A DNA stretch of 64,000 bases. Origin: the human T2T-CHM13v2.0 reference genome, Homo sapiens. Location of the stretch: the NCBI RefSeq assembly GCF_009914755.1, contig NC_060947.1. One strand, 5' to 3'. Made by a program: the position numbers and the translations under genes. The notes under the pieces were generated by a model. It was not told the DNA's origin and did not search any database. It worked only from the letters and a program-made list of their open reading frames with translations. The first letter of the stretch is position 1, and each line of letters opens with the position of its first letter. Positions 43,708-60,071 of the stretch are shown here, piece by piece.

Positions 43708-46700
43708 ATGTGATAGCAGAGTAAAAGTTTCCACTGACCATCCTCCCTACAATAGGATCAATTTTAAAACTACCTAAACAGGAAAAAAACAATAAACAAA
43801 AAACACCTTCATAAGAATCAAAAATTAGGTGAGCTTTCATAGTACCTGTCTTTAACTTAATATCACAGAAAGAGGCACTGAAGAGAGTGAAAAGAAAAAA
43901 AAATCTTGAATTGCCAACAAATCCCCTCTCATGACCAGCAGTGGTGGCATGGTGATAAGAATGTCTGTGGGTGCTAGGGAAGAAAGAGCACAGCAGTTTT
44001 GAGGCATTGAAATCAGCGCTTTCCTAATAGAGCACCAGGTAAAAGTGGACTGAACTCAGCCAATGTCCATGCATGAAGGAAGTACTTAAAACAACCCTAG
44101 CCAGAGGGGAATCACCATTCTCAGCAGTCAGAACTTAAGTTTCTGCAAGCCTTACCACTGAGGGCTAAAGGGCTCTGAGTCTAAGTAAAATTTAAGGAAA
44201 GTATAGGTCACCAGAACTGCAAATCTTAGGCAAGTCCTAGTGCTGAAGTGAGACCTGTCACAGTGTACTGGGGGTCAGGTGATCTACTGAGACTCCAGCT
44301 GCGTTGGCTAAGTGAATGCTGGCATCGCCCTCCCCCTAACCCCAGGATGCACAGCTCACAGCTCCAAAAGAGACCCCTTTCTTTCACTTGAGGAGAGGGG
44401 AGGAAAGGGAAAAGTAGGAAGAATTTTATCTCAAGTCTTGAATACCAGCTCAGCCACAGCAAAATAGGCCATTGGTTAGAGTCACGAGGCCCCCATTCAA
44501 GGCCCTAGCTCCTGTATGATAACATCGCTAGACACACCCTACCCTGAAAGGGAACCCACTACCCTGAAGAAAGGGACCAAGATCTGACAGTGTGTATCAT
44601 CTGCTAACTGAAGAACCCTTGTGCCATGAATAACCAGCAGTAATACCCAGGTAATACACCAAAGGCCTTGGGTGAGTTTCTGGTACTTGATGGATTCAGG
44701 TGAGATTAATAATATTTCCAGCCATGCTGACTGTGAGGTGAAACTACATCTGCTGGGAAAAACTGAGGGAAAAGTAAACAGGAGTTTGTCTTGCACTGTA
44801 GGTACAGGTGGAGCCACAGGAAGATAGATCACCAAAAAGGCTCTTAAGGTTCCTGATTCCAGGACTTGACATTTGGATGGCATTTCTGGACCTGCCTTGG
44901 CCCACAGCGAAGACACTGCTGTAAAGGGTGAGTGCCAGACCAGGCAGCATTCACCACAATCTGACTTCAGAGCCCTAGGTGTTTAAGGAAACATCGGTGG
45001 TAGTCTGGGAGTACTCCTCATGGTGTGTGGTGGTAATGACTATAAAGTGAGGCTCCTCTGCTTTTGGAGGGAAGAAAGAATAGTGAGAAGGACTGAATCC
45101 TGTAGTTTTAGTATAATATTTATATCTTTAATAAGATATAAATAGAAACAAAAAAGTTAAAAAGAGCATGGATAAAGTTAGTACATAGAGTTTTTATTAG
45201 TTTTCTGTTTGTTTATGCAAACAGTGTTAGTTCTTATAAAGTTAAAAAATGTGATATAAGACAGTATTTGCAACCCTCACGGTAACCTCAAAGCAAAAAT
45301 CCCATGAGAGATACGCACACAAAATAGTAAAAAACTAAATTCTCTCACCAGAAAAAAATCACCCACACTAAAAAGCAAACAGGAAGGAAATAAAGAAGAA
45401 AGAGACCACAAGCTAACAAGAAAACAAGTAGCAAAATGCTAGGCATAAGTTCATTACTTATCAAAAATAACACTGAATGTAAATGAATTGAACACTAATC
45501 AAAAGACATAGAGTGATGAAATGGATGAAGAAAGAAGACACATTTATCTGTTGCCTACAAGAAACACACTTCACCTATAATAATGTATATAGACTAAAAA
45601 TAAATCAATACAAAGAGATATTTCATCCTAAAGAAAAACAAAAAAGAGCAGAAGTACCTATACTTCTATCAGACAAAACAGATTTCAAGATAAAAACTAT
45701 CAGAAGAGATAAGGAATGTCACTACATAATAATAAAGGGTCAATTTAGCAAAATAATATAATTTTAAATATGTATGCACTAACACTGGAGCACCTAGATA
45801 TATAAAACAAATATTATTACAACTGAGAGAGATAGGCAACAATAAAATAATAGCTGGAAACTTCAACATCCCATTTTTAGCATTGGACAGATCTCTCAGA
45901 CAGAAAATCAACAAAGAAACATTGGACTTAAACTGCACTATAGAGCAAGTGGAATCAATATATATTTACAGAAAATTTTATCCAACCGCTAAAGTATACA
46001 CATTCTATCCCTTGGCATATGGATCATTCTAAAAATAGACCATATTTGAGGACACAAAATGAGTCTTAAAACTCAAAAACATTGAAATAGTATCAGGTAT
46101 CTTCTCTGACTACAATGGAATAAAACTAGAAATTGAAAACAAAAGAAATTTTGGAATCTATAGGAATACATGGAAATTAAACAATATGCTCCTAAATGAG
46201 TGGTGGGTAAATAAAGAAATTAAGAAGGAAATTGAAAAAATTCTTGAAACAAATTATAATTAAAGTACAACATACCAAAACCTATGGGATACAGCAAAAG
46301 CAGTACTGAGAGAAAATGTTAAGGCTCTAAGTGCCAACATCAAAAAAAAAAAAGAAAAAAATTCAAATAAACATTCTGATGATGCATCTTAAGGAATTAG
46401 AAAAGCAAAAGCAATCCAAACCAAAAATTGGTGGAAGAGAATAAATAATAACAACACAAAAAATAAATAAAAATAAAGAAAACAATATAAAAGATCCATG
46501 AAATAAGAAGTTGTATTTTTATTAAGTTATACAATATTGACAAACCTTTAGCCAGACCAATTAAGAAAAAAAGAGAAGATAAAAATGATTAAAATCAGAA
46601 AAAAAATGAGACATTACAATTGATACTGCAGAAATTAAAAGGATTATTAGTGGCTACTATGAGCAAGTATATTCCAATAAATTGAAAAACCTAGAAGAAA

Positions 46701-49040
46701 TGGACTAATTTCTAGACACATACAACTTACCAAGATTGAACTTGGAAGAAATTCAAAACATGAACAGACCAGTAACAAGTAATGAGATCAAAGCAATAAT
46801 AAAATCTTTCCCAGTAAAGCAAAGCCCAGGACCTGATTTCCTCACTGCTGAATTCTACCAAATGTTTAAAGAAGAACTAGTACAAATTCCACTGAAACTA
46901 ATCCAAAAAACAGAGGAGGAAATAAGTTCAAAATCATTCTATAAATCCAATATTTCTCTCATACCAAAACCAGACAAAGACACATCAATAAAATAAAACT
47001 ACAGGCCAATATCTGTGATGAATACTGTTGCAAAAATTCTCAACAAAATAGTATCAAACAGAATTCAATAATACATTAGAAAAATCATTAATCGTGACCA
47101 AGTGGTATTTATCCCTGGGATGCAAGGATGATTCAATATATGCAAATTAATCAATGTGATACACTATATCGGTGGAATAAAGGATGAAAACCATACAATC
47201 ATTTTAATCAATGCTGAGAAAGCATTTGGTAAAATTTAACATTCTTTCATTAAAAAAATCCCTCGAAAACTGGGTATAGAAGTAACATATCTCAACATAA
47301 TAAAAGCCATATACAACAGACCCACAGCCAATATCATACTCAATGGGGAAAACAGAAAGCCTTTCCTTTAAGATCTAAAACATGACAAGAATGCCCACTT
47401 TCACTACTGTTACTCAACATAGTACTGGAAATCCTAGCTAGAGCAATCAGATAAGATGAAGAAATAAAGGCATCCAAACTGGAAATGAAAGAAGTAAAAT
47501 CATTTTTCTTTCCAGATGATATAATCTTATATTTGAAAATAACTTAAAGACTCCACACAGACACACACAAAACCATTAGAACCAATGAACAAATTCTGCG
47601 AAGTTGCAGATAAAAAACAGCAAACAAAAATAAGTAGCGTTTTTATATGCCAACAGTGAACAACCAGAAAATGAAATAAAAAATTTAATCCCATTTACAA
47701 TAGCCAGATGTAAAATTAAATACTGAGGAATTAACCAAAGAAGTGAAACATCCTTATACTAAAAACTGTAAAACATTGATGAAAGTAATTGAAAAGGACA
47801 CCCAAAATTGAAAAATATTCTATCTTCATGGATTGGAAGAATCAATATTATTAAAATGTCCATACTATCCAAAGCAATCTATAGATTCAATGCAATCCCG
47901 ATTAAAATACCAGGCACATTCTTCACAGAAATAGAAAAGGACATTTCTAAAATTTAAATGGAATCACAAAAGACCCAGAATAGTCAAAGCTATCCTAAGG
48001 GGGAAAATAAAGCTGAAGGAATTACATTACCTGACATCAAATTATTCTACTGAGCGATAGTAACTAAAAAGCATGGTACTGGCATAAAAAGAGACAAATA
48101 GACCAATGGAAAAGAATAGAGAACCATGAAACAAATCCACACACCTACAGTGAATTCATTTTTGAGAAAAGTGTAAAGAACATACACTGGGGAAAATATA
48201 GTCTCTTTGATAAATGGTGCCAGGAAAACTGAATATTTGTATGCAGAAGAATAAAGCTAGATGTTTGTCTCTCACCATATACAAAAATCAAATCAAAATG
48301 AATTAAAGACTTAAATGCAAGACCACAAACTATGAAACTACTACAAGAATACTTCGGAGAAACTCTTTCGGATGTTAGTTTGGGCAAAATATGTTTGAAA
48401 AATATCCCACGACCACAGGCAATGAAAGCAAAAATGAACAAATTGAATTACAAAAGTTAAAAAGCTTCTGCACAGCAACAGATACAATTTAAAAAGTGAA
48501 AAGACAACCTAAATAATGGGAGAAAATATTTGCAAACTAGTCATCTCACAAGGGATTGATTAATAACCAGAATATATGAGGAGCTCAAACAACTCTAAAA
48601 AAAATCTAACAGTCTGATTTTTTTAGAAAAGTGAGCAGAAGATTAAAATAGATATTTCTCAAAAGAAATAAAATGGTGCACAAGCAGTTGAAAAGGTGCT
48701 CAGTATCACTGATCATCAGAGAAATGCAAATCAAAACTACAATGAGATATTATCTCAACCTAGTTAAAATGACTTATATCCAAAAGACAGGCAATAGCAA
48801 ATGCTGTCAAGGATGTGGAGAAAAGGAATCTCTCAAACACTGTTGGTGGGAATGTAAATTGGTACAACTGCTATGGAGAATAGTTTGGAGTTTCCTCAAA
48901 AAAGTAAAAGTCGAGCTTCCACATACTCCAGTAATTGCATTACTGGGTATATGCCCAAACAAATAAAATTATTATATTGAAGGGATATTTGCACTCTCAT
49001 GTTTGTTGTAGCACTGTTTATAATAGTTAAGATTTTGGTA
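43708..49040 (+). mobile_element. L1MA1-3-like element: 5'UTR present, ORF1 deleted, ORF2 decayed, 3' end deleted
   Basis: L1M1-type 5'UTR (caccttcataagaatcaaaaattaggtgagc); ORF2 endonuclease CCLQETH at about 45548; the element stops abruptly near 49040. Confidence 0.85.
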
Positions 49041-51156
49041 AGTTGCACGACGAAGTGGTTCAAATGCCCATGGTCCCCATTCCTGCCACTCTGCCTTCTC
49101 TCCCTGAGTTTGCACCCATGGCCTCATGGGGAGTTCCCTATGATCAGTTGACAAAGAAAGGGAAGACAAGGGCCTGGTTTACAGATGGCTTTGCATGATA
49201 TGCAGGCACCACCCAAAAGTGGACAGCTGCAGCACTACAGCCCCTTTCTATAACATCCCTGAAAAACAGTGGCAAAGGGAAATCTTTCCAGTGGGCAGAG
49301 CATTGAGCAGTGCACATGGTTACACAGCTTGGAAGGAGAAAAGGCCAGATGTGTGATTATATACTGATTAATGGGCTGCAGCCAATGGTTTGGCTAAATG
49401 ATCAGGGACTTGGAAGAAGCATGACTGGAAAATTAGTGACAAATAAGTTTGGGGAGGAGGTACCTGGATGGATGTCTCTGAGTGGTCAAAACACTGATAA
49501 GATATTTGTATTTGAGTGCTCACCAAAGGATGACATCAGCAGAGAAGTATTTTAATAATCAAGTGCATAGAATGACTTGTTCTGTGGACACCACACAGCC
49601 TCTTTCCCCAACAACTCCTCTCATCGCCCAATAGGCTCATGAACAAAATGTCCATGGTGGTAGTGATGGAAGTTATGCATGGGCTCAGCAACATGGACTT
49701 CCACTCACTAAGAGTGACCTGGCTATGGCCACTGCTGAGTGCCAGATTTGCCAGCCACAGAGACCAACACTGAGCCCTCCATATGGCACCATTCCTCCAG
49801 GTGATCAGCAAGCTACTTGGTGGCAGGATGATTATGTTGGACATCTTCCATCAGGGAAGGAGCATCAGCTTGTCCTCACCAGAATAGACACTTACTCTGG
49901 ATATGGGTTTCCCTATTCTGCAGGCAATGCTTCTGACAAGGGTACCATCTGTGGACTCATGGAATGCCTTATCCATCATCATCATATTCCACATAGCATT
50001 GCCTCTGACCAAGGCACTCACTTTATGGCTAAAGAAGTGAAGCAGTGGGCTTGCACTCATGGATTTCACTGGTTTTACCATGTTCCCCATCACCCTGTAG
50101 CAGCTGGTTTGATAGAATGGTGGAATGGCCTTTTGAAGTCACAATTACAATGCCAACTAGGTGACAGTACTTTGTAGGGATAGGGCAAAGTTCCCCAGAA
50201 GGCTGTGTATGCTCTGAATCAACATCCAATATATCACCATTTCTCCCACAGCCAGAATTCACTGGTCCAGGAATCAACGGGTGGAAGTGGAAGGGTCACC
50301 ACTCACCATCACCCCCACTTTTGGTTCCTGTTCCCACGACATTAGGTTCTGCTGGTCTAGAGGTCTTAGTTCCAGAGGGAGGAATGCTGCCACAGGAGAC
50401 ACAACAACGTTTCCATTAAACTGGAAGTTAAGGTTGCCACCTGGACACTTTGGGCTCCTCCTACCTCTAAGTCAACAGGCTAAGAAGGGAGTTACAGTGT
50501 TGACTGGAGTGATTGACCCAGACTATCAAGATGAAATCAGTCTGCTACTCCACAATGGAGGTAAGGAAGAGTATGCGTGGGATAGAGGAGATCACTTAGG
50601 GTGTCTCTTATTATTATCATGCCCTGTGATTAAGGTAAATGGGAAACTACAACAACCCAATCTAGGCAGGACTACAAATGGCCCAGACTCTTAAAAAATA
50701 AAAGTTTTGGTTATGCCACCAGGTTAAAAACCACAATCTGCTGAGGTGTTTGCTGAAGGCAAAGGGATTACAGAATGGGTAGTAGAAGAAGGCAGTCATC
50801 AATTCCAGCTAAGACCACGTGACCAGTTGCAGAAAGGAGGACTGTAATTGTCATGAGTATTTCCTCCTTATTTTGTTAAGAACATGTTTGTGCATGTATA
50901 CACTTGCACTAAGAAAAATCTTCATTTTTTTCTTTTTCCTTTATCATGTGACATAAGATTTATTGACTTCATATCAGCTTTTAAGTGTTGTTAACTTTAT
51001 GTAATCGCATTAAGGTTAAGGATTAGTGTGCTTCCACTTGCACAAAGGATAGCTGTATTTTGTTAGGCATAATTATGTTCTAATTATTTTCTTTATTTGA
51101 AGTTTATGTATGATTTCAGGTGATGTGTACAGCTTCAAGTTGACAAGGGGTGGACT
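49041..51156 (+). mobile_element. HERV-L internal 3' half (RNase H, integrase, dUTPase remnants)
   Basis: WFTDG; integrase ORF 49725-50177 (IDTYSG, IASDQGTHF, GLIEWWNGLLK); dUTPase ORF 50281-50694 (GVIDPDYQDEI). Confidence 0.9.
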
Positions 51157-51686
51157 TGTGATGGTTAATATTGAGTGTCAACTTGGTTGGATTGAAGGAT
51201 GCAAAGTATTCTTCCTGGCTGTGTCTGTGAAGGTGTTGCCAAAGGAGATTAACATTTAAGTCAGTGGACTGTGAGAGGCAGATCCACACTCAATCTGGGC
51301 GGGCATCATCTAATCAGCTGCCAGCATAAAAACAGGCATGGAAAGAACAGACTTGCTGAGTCTTCTGGCCTTTTTATTTCTCCTATGCAGGATGCTTCCT
51401 TCCCTTGAACATCAGACTCAGTTCTTCAGCTTTTGGACTCTTGGACTTAACACCTGTGATTTGCCAGGGGCTCTCGGGCCTTTGGCTACAGACTGAAGGC
51501 TGCACTATCGGTTTCCCTACTTTCGAGGTTTTGGGACTCGGACTTGCTTCCTTGCTCCTAGCTTGCAGACAGGCTATCGTGTGTCTTCACCTTGTGATCG
51601 TGTGAGTCAATTCTCCTAATAAACTCCCCTTCACATATTCATCTACCCTATTAGTTCTATCCCTTTAGAGAACCCTGACTAATACA
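51157..51686 (+). mobile_element. MLT2A-type 3' LTR of HERV-L
   Basis: tgtgatggttaatattgagtgtcaac ... gagaaccctgactaataca, preceded by the PPT aaggggtggact. Confidence 0.9.
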
Positions 51687-52039
51687 CATAACCCTAGACA
51701 AATACTTGAAGGGATTGAGAATCCTGTTTTCCTGGATGTCACTTTCCAGATAAGAGCTGTGTGGTAAAAGGGAACATTTTGTGGCCTAAATGTCACAGAC
51801 TCTCATTGTTCTTACAAAGCTTTAGTAGATTTATTTAACTAACTGTTTCTCCACTTACTGCATATGGTTAAGACAATTTACAGAAACTTTAAATTACTTG
51901 TTTGGTTTTTAAAATGATTTTACGAGTTTTGATTGTTTCTCTGGAGAGAGGATCCATACAGGTCGTTAAGCCATTGTTTTTGAAGTACTTCTAAAAACCT
52001 TTTACAGATGATCATTTAGGTACAATTGGAAAAAATTTT

Positions 52040-52480
52040 CATTACTTAAGCAAATATTTATTGAGTGCCCACTAAGTACCAGGCACTGTTTTAGGCACTG
52101 GAGATTGAGCATAGAAAGACAGACAAGGCTCCTAGTGGAGCTTACATTACAAGAAGGGAGAACAATAAATAAGTAAACCAATAATTACTGTTATTTTCCA
52201 TAATGTTTTACCAATTCCTATCTATTGTCAACTAACTCTAATAATAGCAATGCTTATTGAGTGCCAGAGACATCTTTATGTATTCTTCTTAATCTTCTGG
52301 ACAACTCCTTGAACTGGATATTATTATCAATATTTTTTATCTACATTTTACCAGTGAGGGGACAGAGAAATAGGGTAATAAGGACAGGAACTGTATCTTA
52401 CTCAGTTTTGTGTCTCCAGAATCTAACATGTCATCAGGCACACAGTAAAGCATTAAACACATTTATAAAATGAAAATAAA
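52040..52480. mobile_element. cluster of L2 and MIR fragments
   Basis: aaatatttattgagtgcc...ccaggcactgttttaggcactgg; MIR core; ggacaggaactgtatct...caggcacacagtaaagc. Confidence 0.65.
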
Positions 52481-52492
52481 GTAATGCATTAG

Positions 52493-52983
52493 TATAATAA
52501 GCTAATAATGGGCCCCCAAATATGTTTATGTCCTAATCCCCAGAACTTATAAATATGTTAGATTACATGGAAAAGGAAAATTATAGTTGCAGATAGAATT
52601 GAGATTGCTAATCAGCTGACCTTAAGATAGGGATATTATCCTAGATTACCTGAGACGGTCCAATGTGCTCACAGGTCAAAAATAAAAGATATAGCAAGAG
52701 AGATGGCAGTGTGAGAAAGACTAAACTCTCCATTGTTAGGTTTAAGGGTGGAGGAAGGGACCAAGGAGCCGAGAAATGTAGAAAGCCTCTGAAGTCTGAA
52801 AAAGACAAGAAATGGTTTAGTCCGGAGAGCCTTTAGAAATAAATTCAGTCTTTTCAGTCTTTTTGACATCTTGCTTTTAGCCCTATGAGCCCTGTATCGA
52901 ACTTCAGAACAGTAAGATAATAAAATTGTGCTTTCTTAAACAATTTTGTGGTAATTTGTCATAGCAGCAATAAGAAACTGTAC
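52493..52983 (+). mobile_element. MLT1D-type MaLR LTR
   Basis: ataatgggcccccaaa...tcctaatccccagaac...gctaatcagctgaccttaagatagg...gcagcaataagaaac. Confidence 0.8.
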
Positions 52984-53280
52984 GGTTAGTGTCAGAATTC
53001 AAATTCACACCTTTGTAACTCAAAAGTCCATACTTTTTACATAATTTTGTCTTCAATATGATGGACAGAGCATCTTTAAAGTGTGTTTTATAACTCACGC
53101 CATTTCACTAGCAGTAGAGTAAAAAAAATTCGCTGACGTTTCAGACCATCATCCAATCAAAATCTCCATTCGATAAAAGTTTTTCTTCTCTAGAAAGAGT
53201 AGCCTTTTTTCATTTAACACTACTAACTAGTAACAAGGTCAACTTTCCGTCATATTCCTGTTTCAGTGTCTTAATCTTAC

Positions 53281-53820
53281 CCTGATTTATGGCCCTTTTA
53301 CATATGTGTTCCAAATTCATTGACCTCTACTGCAGTATCTGGGTATTTCCACCTGAAGCCTCACATTCTTTACCTTATTTCTTGATATTTAGAGTCTCAA
53401 ATTTATATACATAGTTATGTTGTAGATTTCAAAATGCTTTTTAATTTTTAGCACTGTTCTCAAAATCTATCCTCTTTCCAGGTGTAAATATAAATTCATT
53501 GCTTTTAATGGTTTTCTAATAGCTTATTTTCTACCTAAATTAACTGACCTGCAAAAGCTGATCACAAAGGATTAGGAAACAGTTTATCTTAATCTAAGTG
53601 CTTACACCTCCTGTATTTTGTTTAATTTGGCTGTCAGTTCAGTTATATTAACCTTCTCAATTTCTTCCATGAAACATTTTAGATGCATTGGTTTACCTTG
53701 TCAAGCTATAGCCCTCTCTTCCATTATTATTCAATCTCTACAAGAAAAGCTACAATCCACTGGTATTCTGTCCTGCCACTTTTACATCTTTACTGTTCTG
53801 GCAAAGCCTATGCTCTTAAA
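53281..53820 (-). pseudogene. candidate decayed 5' exons of the minus-strand unit
   Basis: Two strong minus-strand donors (gtaaga ending at 53280, gtaagc ending at 53605) behind protein-like but stop-containing frames such as HLKCFMEEIEKVNITELTAKLNKIQE. Confidence 0.25.
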
Positions 53821-54991
53821 GACAACAAGAACTGACAGTAGCCAGTAACATATGTTGGATAGATGGAACAAGAAATTTTTTACTCATAATTTAAGGTCCT
53901 TTTCTGCTAGCAGATATTTTTCTTACAGATGTACTAAGCATTCCTTCAGGACTACACATTTTTGACTACTGCCTCAATATTTACCCTAAAAAGCATGTAG
54001 TTAGCCTGTTTCCTTTGCCTTTCTCTATAAAGTATACATTTAAAAAGTAATTTTAACTGCTTTTATCTAAAAATTTTAAGAATGTTTCTACTATCCAGCA
54101 GATATTTTATAACAATCATGCCACAGAGCCCCTTATATCTTTGTTATGATCAAGTATTGCTCTTCGCCTGTGTATATAATCTTTTAAAATAATTTTCTAA
54201 AACCTTAATTCGTTTGAAATGAATATGCTGGTGCTGTGATATCTTTTATTAAAGATATCTCACTGGAATAATAGTGAGTTAATCATTACTGCAAATACAT
54301 CTCTACTTATTATACACCCAGGAGAAAACAATCAGTTTTGAAATATGACATTTTTTCTATTTTATTTAACCTTTTTCTCCTTTCCATTCACTTTAATAGA
54401 TATGCTTCCCTGCCTCAGAGAGACTTATCGTAGGGCAGAAACAAGTTGCCAGAGAGGCAGCTTCCTTCTTGCCCTGTACAATTAGAGGAAGAAAATATCT
54501 GTGAAATAAACAAGTAGAGAAAGAGATTTTTCTCTATGCTGAAAGAGACATTTCTGAAGGCTTGGATCAAGCCATGCACTTTAATAAAGCTGTGCCTCTA
54601 GAAAGTGGGCCTATCTGAGGTGTGTCTATGAAGGTAGGATCTCAGGCATCAGAGTTCAGACCTTAGCAAAAATTCCATGTCTTATACTAGACATTGAATC
54701 ACAGAGAAGATGGATTTCAAAGTCCCAGTAAGAGGATTAGCAGTAACCATGGTAAACTAGAAACTAATTGGCCCTTCCCCATTTTTGAATCTGAAAGCCA
54801 AATACGTTTCTTAAATTCTAATGTAGTCATGAAAGTGAAGAAGCCACCAAAACTGATAAAAATTGGATTTTCCATCAGTCTTGAGGGATAGAGATTTAAG
54901 TCAGAATTTGGCTGATTAAAAGGTAATCAAGATCATTTTTCTCATGCAAGTTTGTAAACTAAGATTCATAGCCACTGTATCTAGATATAGC

Positions 54992-55273
<282 letters not shown>

Positions 55274-55659
55274 TGATCTAAAATAAGTATTTTATAGACA
55301 GCATATAATTGACTTTTTTATCAAATATGTGAATCTCTTTTTCTCTAATCCATATATATTTTGTTTTTTTTTTTGTTGTTGTTGTTGTATGTTTTATGTC
55401 TTTTTTGTTTTTTCCTTTTCTCTCTTACTGGATTATTTTGTGTTAATTATTTACAAGGGTATCATTTTAATTCTCTTGTAGCTTATTTTACTTTTTGTTA
55501 TCTTATTGCTTGCCTTTGAGATTACAAATAATGTTTTATTTTATAACAATCTATTTCATGTTTATACCAATATTTAACTTAAATATTATACAACTTTGCT
55601 TCTATATATTTTGTTCTGTCCTCCACATTTGTGCTGTATTGTCATAAAATGTTACTTTT

Positions 55660-57620
<1,961 letters not shown>

Positions 57621-58016
57621 TAAAATTTGATGGGAGAAAAAAGTTTACCGATAATAAATACATATGTGTTGTCTTTTATATTTAACTTTGTAGTTAATTT
57701 TACATATGCTATTTGTCTTCTAATATGGATTTTTTTAGTTACTGTGTTGGGCTCTTTTATTTAGTCCTAAGAGATTTCTTTTAATTTATTTTGGCAGATC
57801 TACTATTGGCTAATTCTTTGATTTTCTTTTTATTTGAGAATAATGTGTCTCAGTGTGGATGTCTGTATTTATTCTACTTGGATTTTGTTGAGCTTTCTAT
57901 ATATGTAGATTTGTGTTTTTCATAAAATTCAGAAAGTTTCAGCCAACATTTTTTCAAAAATTCTTCGTACCTCTTTTCCCCCTATGTCTGCCACTGCTAC
58001 TCCCATTATACGTTTT

Positions 58017-58736
58017 ACAAAATTTCAACTTTTATTTTAGATACAGGGATATATTTGCAGGTTTGTTATCTGAGTATATCGCACCCAGGTACATAGTACC
58101 AAATACATAGTTTTTCCACTCACAGTCCCTCCCTTTTCACTCCGTAGTGTCTATTGTTCCCATTTTGTGTTCATGTGCGATCAATATTTAGTTCTCACTT
58201 ATAAGTGAGAACATGCAGCGTTTGATTTTCTGTTCCTGAATTAATTTTCTTAAGATTATGGCCTCCAGTTTAATGTATGTTGCTGAAAAGAAAATAATTT
58301 TATTCTTTCTTATGGCTGCATAGTATTGCATGGTGTATATGTACCATATTTTCTTTATTCAATCCACCATTGATGTGTACATAGATTGATTGTATGTCTC
58401 AGGTATTTTTAATAGAATGGTAATAAACATGACTGCAGGTATTTTTTGGTATTATGATCTATTTTTCCTTTATTATATACCCAGTCATGGGATTGCTGAA
58501 TCAAATTGTAGCTCTGTTTTAAGTTTTTAAAGAAATTTTCAAACTGCTTTCAATGGTGGTTGAACTAATTCACATTCCTATTAACAGTGTATAAGCTTTC
58601 CCCTTTCCCTGCAACATTTCTGGCATCTGTTGCCTTTGACTTTATAATAATAGCCATCTGACTTGTATGAGATGGTATCTCTTTGTAGTTTTGATTTGCA
58701 TTTCTCTGATGATTAGTTATGATAAGCATTTTTTTC
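58017..58736 (-). mobile_element. L1PA15/16-like 3' fragment
   Basis: aacttttattttagataca...ttgctgaaaagaaaataattttattc; degenerate TSD core ccattatac on both sides. Confidence 0.8.
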
Positions 58737-60071
58737 CTCCATTATACATGTTTTTGTATGCTTGATGTTGTCCCACAACTCTCTTAGTCTCTGTTCATTC
58801 TTTGTTTTTTCTTCCTGTCCCTCACATGAGATAATCTCACTTAACCTGTCTTCAAGTTTGAAGATTCTTATTTCAGCTTGATCAAATATGTTGATCTCCT
58901 TTAGTGAATTTTTAATTTCAGTTATTGTACAACTCCAGATTTTCTACTTGAATTTTTTGTTTAATTTTTATTTTTAATGATCTTCTCTATAGGGAGACAT
59001 CATTCTCATAATTTCCTTTTGCTGTTCAACTTCTTTTAATTTATGATTTCCTTTAGTTCTTTAAAAATCTTTAAAGTTTCTGATTTGTCTTTGTCTTGTA
59101 AGTCAAAAGTCTGCTCTTCTCCAGAGACAGATTCTAGTGTGTGTTTGTTGGATTTTTCAATGTAAAGGCCACACAATCATATTTCTTTGCATGTGGTATT
59201 TTTTTTAAAACTAGGCATTTAAAATAATATATTGTGGCAACTCTGGAAATCAGGATTTTCTGCTTCCTAGAATTTGTTGTTGCTGTTTATTGTTTTGTTT
59301 GTTTGTTGAGTAAGTTTTCTGAAATATTTCCATAAAGAATATATTCTATGTTGTTTATAGTAACTGATATTTCTCTCAGTTAGTTTATTGGTCAGCTAAT
59401 GGTTGAGCAGAGATTTCTTCAATTACCTAGAACCAATATGTTTCCCTGTCCTTGCATAAAGTCTCTGTGTTATTGTTTGGAAATATCTTCAACACTCAGC
59501 TAAGCTGTTTATTATCATGCCTTAGCCTTGACTTCTTGCTTTCATCAGCCTCGGTTCATCCAGAGTTGAGAACTGAGGGTTATTTGGGTCTTTGCTGAAT
59601 ATGCATACCAGCATGGTCATGCACACAAATACCTGTGTGTGGCTGTCTAGATTCAAGAAATATGTCAGAGCTTTTCAAAACTTATTGTAGACATCTAATT
59701 TGCCAGCTATTGCTTCTAAACTTTTAGGTTAGCTTATCTGTGCCCCAGTTGGGTACATTATCTTACAGAGCCATGAACAGAGATTATTTTTATAAAAAAA
59801 CAAACACTCTGCACTCTGGAGAGTCCTGCAAGTTTTGGTTAATTTCTGGAGTTTCATAAAACTTTATTCTGTCACTTTTTGTCAGTTTTCTCATTGTTTT
59901 ATGGAGGAGAGAATTTTGGAGTTTCCCATTCTATTTTTGCTGACATTATTCTCCTGTTCTCTGCAAGGGAATAATATCACTTTTGAAACATCTAATGTTA
60001 GCATAAGATTGGTTTCTAGAAAAGATTGAATTAAAAAATTGTGGTTGAACTTAAGGAAATTCAAATTATTA

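Noticed and set aside
49725-50694. Integrase and dUTPase ORFs as possible domesticated genes
   Set aside because: These are standard HERV-L components, truncated by stops and deletions.
53130-53160. TGACGT and CCAAT motifs close together
   Set aside because: Short motifs are expected by chance, and there is no CpG island or other promoter support.
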